64,000 nt of DNA from an uncultured Candidatus Peribacteria bacterium (GTDB lineage: Bacteria > Patescibacteriota > Gracilibacteria > JAHISY01): positions 40,395-104,394 of the forward strand of contig CAYVMX010000001.1 in NCBI GenBank assembly GCA_964452725.1, given 5' to 3'. Positions 28,320 to 38,528 of the stretch are shown here, piece by piece. Under the pieces are notes generated by a model that worked only from the letters and a program-made list of their open reading frames with translations, searched no databases and had not been told where the DNA came from. Positions within the stretch are counted from its first letter, which is position 1; each line of letters starts with the position of its first letter. The position numbers and the translations under genes were made by a program.

Positions 28320-28348
28320 TTGTTTTTTATACGAAGGTACTCTAAAAT
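28320..28348 (+). promoter_or_regulatory. Promoter of rpmE
   Basis: TTGTTT (28320-28325), 17-nt spacer, TAAAAT (28343-28348), then ccctcggctc. Confidence 0.5.
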
Positions 28349-28371
28349 CCCTCGGCTCTAATTCAACATAA

Positions 28372-28917
28372 ATGAAATCTGGAATCCACCCGACCTATCA
28401 CGACACCACCAAGACCAAGTGTGCTTGTGGCGCGACGTTCGACTTTGGCTCTACTGTCGAGACTGTCAGTACCGAGGTTTGTTCGGCTTGTCATCCTTTC
28501 TACACAGGTAAGCAAAAACTCGTCGATACAGCTGGTAAAGTCGATAAATTCCGTATGAAACTGAAGCGTGCCAAAGCTGGCGAGGGTGCGAAAAAGAAAT
28601 CCAAGATTAGTGAGAGTGTCCGTGCTGCCGCTGCCGCGCGAGCTGGCGAGACTTCGGCGCTGGGTAGTAAACAGATCGTCAGCAAGGTAAAAGCTGGTCG
28701 GATCAAAGCCGAGACAGCCGCTGCCAAGGAGCAGGAGGCCAAAGCTAAAGCCAAGGAGGAGGCCAAGAACGCAAAAGTAGAAGATAGCCCTGAGTCCAAA
28801 GACGCTGCGAAGACTGAGTCCACCAAAGCCGAAAAGAAAACTACTACTGATTCAAAATCAGCCGAGAAATCTGTAGAGACTCCAGCAGCAGAAAAAACCG
28901 AGGAAAAGAAAGGTTAG
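28372..28917 (+). CDS. rpmE: 50S ribosomal protein L31 with a ~115-aa Lys/Ala/Glu-rich C-terminal extension
   Basis: The L31 core [23 protein letters not shown]...[24 protein letters not shown] covers ~67 aa. The remaining residues are low-complexity K/A/E/S. Confidence 0.88.
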   Translation: MKSGIHPTYHDTTKTKCACGATFDFGSTVETVSTEVCSACHPFYTGKQKLVDTAGKVDKFRMKLKRAKAGEGAKKKSKISESVRAAAAARAGETSALGSKQIVSKVKAGRIKAETAAAKEQEAKAKAKEEAKNAKVEDSPESKDAAKTESTKAEKKTTTDSKSAEKSVETPAAEKTEEKKG

Positions 28918-29138
28918 TCTGTTTGTTTGCCGGCAGCCTTATTGCTTAGTTTTTGCGTAGAGTTTATAGACGCGAGGCGAGTTTTTGGTATCAGTGATTG
29001 TTAGCTCATGCTTGAGGAAAGGATGAGAGATTGTTTCTGCCCAGTCATCGGTGCTTCATTATATATATGTCATATTAGTAGATTGTGCCTTGTCAAGGCG
29101 GTACAGTGCAGTGTGTCTCAGAGGATCTTACTCGACTC

Positions 29139-29147
29139 TGCTAAAAT
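29139..29147 (+). promoter_or_regulatory. Extended -10 promoter element of thrS
   Basis: TGcTAAAAT followed by acctcggt and then the ATG at 29156, leaving 8 nt between the -10 box and the ATG. Confidence 0.45.
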
Positions 29148-29155
29148 ACCTCGGT

Positions 29156-30901
29156 ATGAATAAATCTGACAATACTCCCGAACTCGCAACTCTGCGCCAC
29201 TCTGCTTCGCATATACTCGCCACGGCAGTGCTCGATATGTTTCCCGAGGCCAAGCTCGGTACAGGTCCGGCGACTGACGAGGGGTTTTATTATGACTTCG
29301 AGCTACCGCGGACGTTGATCCCCGAGGATCTAAAGCTGCTGGAAAAGAAAATGAAGCACATCGTCAAGCAGAACCAAAAGTTTGAAAAAAATGAGGAGCC
29401 GATCGAGCAGGCGCGTGAGTTCCTCCAAAAGATTCAGCAGCACTTCAAAATAGAAATCATCGACGAACTGGAGCAAGCAGGGGAGTCGAGTGTGAGTTTT
29501 TACAAAAACGGTAACTTCGTCGATCTCTGCTCTGGTCCGCACATTGATGGTACACAACAGCTCAAAGCATTTAAGCTCACGCATTTCAGTGCGAGCTACT
29601 GGCGAGGAGATGCTGAGCGACCGAGTTTGCAGCGGATTTATGGTGTGGCTTTCGCGACTGCTGACGATCTCAAAAAGTGGGAAGAGCTACAGGTAGAGGC
29701 TAAAAAGCGCGATCATCGTAAGCTTGGTGCCGAGTTGGGGCTGTTTACATTCTCCGAGCAGGTTGGCTCGGGATTACCACTCTTTACGCCCAAGGGGGCG
29801 TTTCTGCGCGATCAGATCGCTGATACGATCCAAGAAATCCAAGCTAAGTACGGTTTCGAAAAAGTCTGGATACCACATATTACAAAGAAAGATTTGTACG
29901 AGACTTCGGGGCACTGGGAGAAATTCAAAGACGATCTTTTTCACGTCAAAGGTAAATCGGACACGGAGTTCGTCATGAAGCCGATGAACTGTCCGCACCA
30001 CACTCAGATCTTCGCGGCAAGTGCTAAGAGCTATCGTGATCTGCCCGTGCGCTATGCCGAGACGACGACCTGCTACCGCGATGAGCTGCCGGGGGAGCTG
30101 CTCGGGATCTCGCGTGTGCGAGCGCTGACACAGGACGATGGGCATATCTTTTGCCGACCAGATCAAGTCAAGGAGGAGTGTCGCAATATCGTTCACGTAA
30201 TCCGTGAGTTTTACACGAAGCTCGGTATGTTTGGCGAGGGCGACTACTGGGTTTCGCTTTCTGTGCGCGATACCAAAACGCCTGAAAAGTACCTCGGTGA
30301 TCCAAAAAACTGGGACGCGGCAGAGCAGTACCTCCAAGAAGTCGCCGACGAAGAAAAATTAAATGCTAAGCGTGTGGAGGGTGAAGCGGCTTTTTATGGT
30401 CCGAAGCTTGACTTTCAGTTCCGCGATGCGCTTGGTCGTCAGTGGCAGCTCGCCACGATTCAGCTCGACTTCGTCCAGCCCGAAAGATTCAAACTGGAGT
30501 ATACAAATGAAAAAGGTGAGGCGGAGACACCCGTCATGATTCATCGAGCAGTCGCAGGTAGTCTGGAGCGTTTCCTTGCGGTAATCATCGAGCATTTCGC
30601 CGGACAATTCCCCGTATGGCTCGCGCCTGAACAAGCGCGGTTTGTCCCTGTCGCGACGGACTTCATCCCCGCGTGTGAGGAGATGGCAGCTGAATTAAAA
30701 AAAGCCGGCGCACGCGTAACAGTCGATACCAGTAGCGACTCGTTGGGCAAAAAAGTCCGCAACGGTGAAAAAGCCAAGCTGCCTTACCTACTCGTAGTGG
30801 GTGAAAAAGAAGCCAAAGCGAAGAGTGTTACGATTCGCGAGCGAGGTAAGGAAGAGCAGGAGACTGTGCCGTTGGCGGAGTTTGCCGAGCGGCTGAGCTA
30901 G
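29156..30901 (+). CDS. thrS: Threonyl-tRNA synthetase (no N-terminal TGS domain)
   Basis: Starts at MNKSDNTPELATLRHSASHILA, the editing-domain HxxxH region. Class II motifs and the anticodon-binding C-terminus are present. The 35-codon upstream extension in the ORF track (29051) has no ThrRS similarity and precedes the predicted promoter. Confidence 0.9.
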   Translation: MNKSDNTPELATLRHSASHILATAVLDMFPEAKLGTGPATDEGFYYDFELPRTLIPEDLKLLEKKMKHIVKQNQKFEKNEEPIEQAREFLQKIQQHFKIEIIDELEQAGESSVSFYKNGNFVDLCSGPHIDGTQQLKAFKLTHFSASYWRGDAERPSLQRIYGVAFATADDLKKWEELQVEAKKRDHRKLGAELGLFTFSEQVGSGLPLFTPKGAFLRDQIADTIQEIQAKYGFEKVWIPHITKKDLYETSGHWEKFKDDLFHVKGKSDTEFVMKPMNCPHHTQIFAASAKSYRDLPVRYAETTTCYRDELPGELLGISRVRALTQDDGHIFCRPDQVKEECRNIVHVIREFYTKLGMFGEGDYWVSLSVRDTKTPEKYLGDPKNWDAAEQYLQEVADEEKLNAKRVEGEAAFYGPKLDFQFRDALGRQWQLATIQLDFVQPERFKLEYTNEKGEAETPVMIHRAVAGSLERFLAVIIEHFAGQFPVWLAPEQARFVPVATDFIPACEEMAAELKKAGARVTVDTSSDSLGKKVRNGEKAKLPYLLVVGEKEAKAKSVTIRERGKEEQETVPLAEFAERLS

Positions 30902-31245
30902 ATGTAGTAAACCATCGCTGAGATGATGGCGATGTTGACAGTCAGGTAGAGTGAGTTGGTTATAATGATGGGTTTTTCGTGGTGGACAATGCCATAGATC
31001 AGCCAGATCGCAGAAAAGATTAAATACCCACTCCATGTCAGGAAAGACAAGCCAGAGGAGTCTTGCGTATCTAGGATGCGTAGCAGCTGTGGTAGTGTGG
31101 CTATTGGTCCGAGGATCGCGATCGCGATAATCATATGGTCCAGCAAGCGAATACCGCGATTTGGGTGTGGATATTGCTGATTTTGGATCTGTATGCGTTT
31201 ACGAATATGCAAATGATGTCGAGGATGATGGGGGTTATCTCTCAT
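30898..31245 (-). CDS. SemiSWEET (PQ-loop/MtN3) transporter
   Basis: The 3-TM core is MIIAIAILGPIATLPQLLRIL...GLSFLTW...WLIYGIV...PIIITNSLYL, with the PQ motif. The core begins at an internal ATG (31134). The ORF extends to 31245 and adds a His/Arg/Gln-rich 37-aa leader. Confidence 0.7.
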   Translation of the reverse strand: MRDNPHHPRHHLHIRKRIQIQNQQYPHPNRGIRLLDHMIIAIAILGPIATLPQLLRILDTQDSSGLSFLTWSGYLIFSAIWLIYGIVHHEKPIIITNSLYLTVNIAIISAMVYYI

Positions 31246-31258
31246 TTAAAAATAGTTA

Positions 31259-32158
31259 TTACTGTTCAGATGGTACTTTTTCAAACACCGCTGCCGCTTT
31301 CGTGTTATTAGTTTGCGGTACGGTAGGGTGCTGCGTTTCAGAGTGGAGCGTGCGCACAGGGTATGGTATCTCGATACCTGCGCTCTGGAGTGCGTCGAAG
31401 GCCACATGGGTAAGCTCAGATTTGACTTCCCACCACTTGCTGTGGCTCTCGACCCAAGCACGGATCTCTAGCACTATCGCTGACTCGCCGATCTCGGCGA
31501 CTAGTACGGCAGAGTTTGGCTCTGGTTCTACAGCTGGATTAGTTTTGATTGCTTTCAGGATTAGTTCCTGAGCTTTTTTGATATTCGTGCCGTAGCCGAC
31601 ACCGATGCGGAAGTCGATACGACGGACAGGATTCTTGGTATAACAAATAACTTTGTTTGTCAGTAGGTCGAGGTTGGGGATATTGATCTCGGTGCCATCG
31701 ACACCTCGGAGGGTGGTGACGCGACTCTGGATATCGACGATCGTACCTTTGGTATTGTTGACTTCGATGAAGTCACCGAGGTTGAATTTATCATTTGAGA
31801 GTAGCGTGATGCCAGCGACGAAGTTGCCTACAGGACCCTGTAGAGCGAGACCAAGTCCCAAACCAATCGCACCAGAAAACCACTGCAAGGGAATACCAGC
31901 CATGGAGAGTGCGATCATCGTACCGACCAAAAAAACTGTCGTAAAAGTGATGCGACTGTAGAGGATTACTAGCTCGCGATGACGATCTCCCTGTTTGGCT
32001 TCGAGCTTGCGGCGTATCCAGCGTGAGAGTAGTGAGCCGACGATGACTGTGACTACTACGACATTGAGCGCGACGAATATCTTCCAAGCAATCTCGGAGT
32101 AACCTAGGGCAGTTGTAGTTTTTTCGGCGGTTGCGGCGAAAGCTGTTTCGATTAGCAT
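31259..32158 (-). CDS. Mechanosensitive ion channel (MscS family)
   Basis: Three TM segments followed by FNLGDFIEVNNTKGTIVDIQSRVTTLRGVDGTEINIPN, the MscS beta-domain signature. Confidence 0.85.
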   Translation of the reverse strand: MLIETAFAATAEKTTTALGYSEIAWKIFVALNVVVVTVIVGSLLSRWIRRKLEAKQGDRHRELVILYSRITFTTVFLVGTMIALSMAGIPLQWFSGAIGLGLGLALQGPVGNFVAGITLLSNDKFNLGDFIEVNNTKGTIVDIQSRVTTLRGVDGTEINIPNLDLLTNKVICYTKNPVRRIDFRIGVGYGTNIKKAQELILKAIKTNPAVEPEPNSAVLVAEIGESAIVLEIRAWVESHSKWWEVKSELTHVAFDALQSAGIEIPYPVRTLHSETQHPTVPQTNNTKAAAVFEKVPSEQ

Positions 32159-32235
32159 TTTTGATTTGAATTTTAGTTTCTATTTATTTTACCACAAAAG
32201 AGCCTAAAAAACAAGCTACTAAATGGTTTCAGCTA

Positions 32236-35148
<2,913 letters not shown>

Positions 35149-35314
35149 AAGTTTGAACTTGTGAAATATACCAGTTTTAGATTGATTTGCTAAGTTGCTA
35201 GCGTATAAAAAAGTTGTTTTTTGGCTTAGGTAAGCGATAAAGTGGTAATAACGTGATAGGTTGTAATATCTTATGAAATGTTTCTAAATGTTATTAATCA
35301 GCTTGGCTTGGTCA

Positions 35315-35323
35315 TGCTAAAAT
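35315..35323 (+). promoter_or_regulatory. Extended -10 promoter element of alr
   Basis: TGcTAAAAT. The first in-frame ATG (35324) abuts the -10 box, and the second ATG (35333) lies 9 nt downstream. Confidence 0.45.
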
Positions 35324-35332
35324 ATGTTTCCT

Positions 35333-36478
35333 ATGCAGGATAACTCTCTCATCTGGGTCGAAATCTCGCAGGCGGCGCTGACGCATAATCTAAAAGTACT
35401 GCGAGGGCTGGTAGGTGCTGATGTAAAGCTCGCGCCGATGGTAAAGTCTCATGCTTATGGGCACGGACTTACCGAGGTAGCTCAGGTGTTGCGAAAGGCA
35501 GGAGCAGACTATCTTTCGGTCAATGCGCTTTTCGAAGCGCGCAAGCTCCGTCTAGCAGGTGACGAGCAGCCGATTTATATCTGTGGTTATACAGCACTTG
35601 TCGACTTGCGAGAGGCGGTAGAGCTAGACTGTGAGCTGGTGATCTACAATCTTGTGACACTGACAAAATTATCTGAGGTCGCGATTGAACTAAAAAAAAC
35701 TGCGCGTGTACATCTCAAAGTTGAGACTGGTATGTACCGTCAAGGAGTAGCTGCTAGTGAGGCGGTTGCTTTCGCTGATGAGATCAAAAAAACTCCTCAT
35801 GTAGAGCTTGTCGGTGTCTCTACGCACTTTGCCAATATCGAAGATACGACAGATCATACTTATGCCAAGTATCAACTCACTGAGTTCAAAAAGATCAAAC
35901 AAGCTTTTGAAAAGACTGGGCATACAGCTCTACTCTGGCACGCTGCCAATAGCGCTGCGACACTTCTCTGGAGTGAGACGCATTACGATTTCACACGGGT
36001 TGGGATTGTGGTGTATGGCATGTGGCCTTTTGATGGGACTTTCACGAGTCTGACGACCGAGCGCCAAGGGAAGATTATCCTGAAGCCAGTATTGACTTGG
36101 AAGACGCGTATAGCACAGATCAAGACAGTCCCAGCTGGTGCGAAGGTCGGTTATGACTGTACTTGGGAGGCTGAGCGCGAGACTAGGCTCGCGATTCTAC
36201 CGATTGGCTATTACGATGGCTATGTCCGTGCCTACTCTGACAAGGCTCAGGTTTTGGTCCGTGGACGGCGTGCACCTGTCATTGGACGTGTCTGTATGAA
36301 TATCTGTATGGTTGATGTGACTGATATTCCAGATGTTGTATTGGAAGATGAGGTGGTGCTGCTCGGTCAGCAGGGCGAAGATGAGATCACCGCTGAAGAG
36401 CTAGGAGACTGGAGTGGTACGATCAACTATGAAGTGACGACACGGATACGCGACGGCATTGTCCGCAAGGTGGTATAA
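35333..36478 (+). CDS. alr: Alanine racemase
   Basis: PLP-lysine motif MVKSHAYGHG and the C-terminal GRVCMN...ELG...NYE pattern. I place the start at 35333 (MQDNSL...) rather than 35324 because of the promoter position. Confidence 0.88.
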   Translation: MQDNSLIWVEISQAALTHNLKVLRGLVGADVKLAPMVKSHAYGHGLTEVAQVLRKAGADYLSVNALFEARKLRLAGDEQPIYICGYTALVDLREAVELDCELVIYNLVTLTKLSEVAIELKKTARVHLKVETGMYRQGVAASEAVAFADEIKKTPHVELVGVSTHFANIEDTTDHTYAKYQLTEFKKIKQAFEKTGHTALLWHAANSAATLLWSETHYDFTRVGIVVYGMWPFDGTFTSLTTERQGKIILKPVLTWKTRIAQIKTVPAGAKVGYDCTWEAERETRLAILPIGYYDGYVRAYSDKAQVLVRGRRAPVIGRVCMNICMVDVTDIPDVVLEDEVVLLGQQGEDEITAEELGDWSGTINYEVTTRIRDGIVRKVV

Positions 36479-36482
36479 ATGT

Positions 36483-36510
36483 TTGACAAGTAGTGTGATC
36501 CTGCTAAGGT
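36483..36510 (+). promoter_or_regulatory. Near-consensus promoter of the orphan 663-aa gene
   Basis: TTGACA (36483-36488), 16-nt spacer, then TGcTAAGGT (36502-36510). Confidence 0.55.
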
Positions 36511-36534
36511 TGAGTACTATTTAATTTTTTGGTT

Positions 36535-38526
36535 ATGGCAGCTTCTAATAATGACACACTCGAGTTTCGAGCAGGCTGTTCTGCTTCCGAGGGTCTGCTT
36601 CAGAGCGATGCCTTTCGTAGATGCTTCGAGATCTATCGCAGATATGCCCTAGAGATGCTGTCAGACAAAACAGATCCACGTACGTCGGCAAGGACTGATT
36701 TTATTTCCAAGATAAATACAGAGAGCTTTTTGGCGCTTTATCGTGGAGAGATAGATGATGACAAGCAAGCTAAAAAAATACACAATCTCACGGAAGATTT
36801 TTTCGATTTTTATCGAAATCCAGAGAGCTATAGTCGTCTGGTGCGCATCATGGATCCAGTCGGTTTGACAGAAAAATCTCACGACGAACGCCAAAGTTAC
36901 CTTGGTCATTTGATCGGACGGCAGAGTCTCAAGTCTTCTAGTCTGCATAATGTAATTCAGCAGACTCGTCGCGAGTTGGCTCAGCGGGTGGGTATCGCAG
37001 AGAATTTATTTCGTGACTTGGACAGTACGACCAAAATCCAAATCTTGGCAGTACCAGGGCACTTTATGAAAAACTTACCTACGAGTCTCTCGCGTCTGGG
37101 TAGCCTCAAGGTGACTATTTCGGCTGAGGTGCAGACTGGTATTGACTACAGGACGCCAAAGAATAAACGCACAGAGCCATTTGTCCGCCTACAGGAGAGC
37201 TCTCTCGGCTTGGATCAGTTGCAGGCAGATGACTGGATAGCTATGCCATTGAATGTCGGTGGTAGTTTGATCTTGGCTTGTATTCACAAATCCAAAGGTA
37301 ATCGCGAAATGGAGCCGGGTATGCTCAATCTTTTTCCACTAGCCGAGATTGATGAGATCGAAAATCGCAAACCAGATGCGCTTTTCTTTTTCGGTGCTCC
37401 AGATACCACCAAAGACGATTTTGGTTTTGCGCGAGATGAGGTAAGTGATACCTTGATCGGTATAGTGCCTAGTGATCCGGAGTTTCAGTACTTCGGTTAT
37501 GTCAAAAAGCCAGTCCTGACTTTGGCAAATACACTTGCTATCGAAAAAGGAGAGCTACCACTTCATTGTGCTTGTGAGCGCTACACGGTCAGATTTGATT
37601 CTGATGGCAAACCTTACATCGATGATATCAACGTCAAGGCTGATGATATGGGATCAGTCCGTATGGAGGAGGACGCCAGCGGTGAAACGCGTATCTTGTT
37701 TCGTGGGACTGAGACTGGTGCATTTGCCTGTCTCGACGGCTTCAGTGGTGATACTCGTAAGCATATGGAGGGTCGTGAGGTCGGCTACAACAAAGGGAGT
37801 AATGATAACGCGCGTGTAATCGTACCTGTGACTACCGCCGAGGAGGTACAGCGCGATGATGAGTTGGATTATCTTTTTTATGTCAATAACTACGATCTCA
37901 AAGCTGAGCACGAGAGCACTATCGAAGAAAAAAATGTCGACAAGTTTATTGACATTATTCGTAAGGGTGAACGTGTCGCAGCTGGTAGTACAGGCACTAG
38001 ACGAGGTGGACGAGAGATATCTTATTGGGCGAATCCATTTCCATTACTCGTTGATACGGATGGTAAGGTCTTGGATTCAGAACTTTATGAAAAATTTTCT
38101 GAGACAGAGGCGCGTTTTATTGGTGTAGCCAAAAATCTTGTAGAAAAAGGCGATCTAATCGTCGGTGTGGCCTACAGTCAGATGATGGTCGGTGCGGGCA
38201 GTGAGCTAAGTGATTTGCGTCCGTACTGTGAGCCAGATTTTGCCAAAGGCAAAGAAGTATCAGATCTCAGTGAGGAGGAGCTCAAGACTTGGCGTAAGCA
38301 GGCTGAAGAGCGATTTGAAATGGGCGGTCCAGCCCGACACTCAAATGATTTGGAAAAAAAAATCTTCGAGATAGCTCTCAAAAAGTACCAGAAGATTTTT
38401 GACACAACTGGTGAGTATCCAGCAGAAGTAGATGTGACTGGTGCACGAGTGGGTGATAGTCGTACTGGCAAATCGGAGACAATCGCGGCTATCTGTAGCC
38501 GGTTGAATATTCCTTTGGTTTCATAG
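36535..38526 (+). CDS. Large hypothetical protein with a C-terminal HprK/PEPCK-like P-loop (possibly DUF4914-like)
   Basis: 663 aa counted from the ATG at 36535 (the ORF track begins at a TTG at 36529). There is no TM segment or signal peptide. The only motif I recognise is GDSRTGKSE, which ends 15 residues from the C-terminus. Confidence 0.6.
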   Translation: MAASNNDTLEFRAGCSASEGLLQSDAFRRCFEIYRRYALEMLSDKTDPRTSARTDFISKINTESFLALYRGEIDDDKQAKKIHNLTEDFFDFYRNPESYSRLVRIMDPVGLTEKSHDERQSYLGHLIGRQSLKSSSLHNVIQQTRRELAQRVGIAENLFRDLDSTTKIQILAVPGHFMKNLPTSLSRLGSLKVTISAEVQTGIDYRTPKNKRTEPFVRLQESSLGLDQLQADDWIAMPLNVGGSLILACIHKSKGNREMEPGMLNLFPLAEIDEIENRKPDALFFFGAPDTTKDDFGFARDEVSDTLIGIVPSDPEFQYFGYVKKPVLTLANTLAIEKGELPLHCACERYTVRFDSDGKPYIDDINVKADDMGSVRMEEDASGETRILFRGTETGAFACLDGFSGDTRKHMEGREVGYNKGSNDNARVIVPVTTAEEVQRDDELDYLFYVNNYDLKAEHESTIEEKNVDKFIDIIRKGERVAAGSTGTRRGGREISYWANPFPLLVDTDGKVLDSELYEKFSETEARFIGVAKNLVEKGDLIVGVAYSQMMVGAGSELSDLRPYCEPDFAKGKEVSDLSEEELKTWRKQAEERFEMGGPARHSNDLEKKIFEIALKKYQKIFDTTGEYPAEVDVTGARVGDSRTGKSETIAAICSRLNIPLVS

Positions 38527-38528
38527 CT

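Noticed and set aside
29090-29110. A T-box-like string (GGCGGTACAGTG, compared with the consensus GGUGGUACCGCG) upstream of thrS.
   Set aside because: Only about 9 of 12 positions match. I could not find a Stem I/specifier architecture or a terminator/antiterminator pair with a U-run, and the best promoter lies downstream of it. A covariance-model scan (Rfam RF00230) would settle this.
29051-29155. The 35-codon N-terminal extension of thrS in the ORF track (MLHYIYVILVDCALS...).
   Set aside because: It has no ThrRS similarity, it contains the predicted TGcTAAAAT promoter, and ThrRS homology starts at the ATG at 29156.
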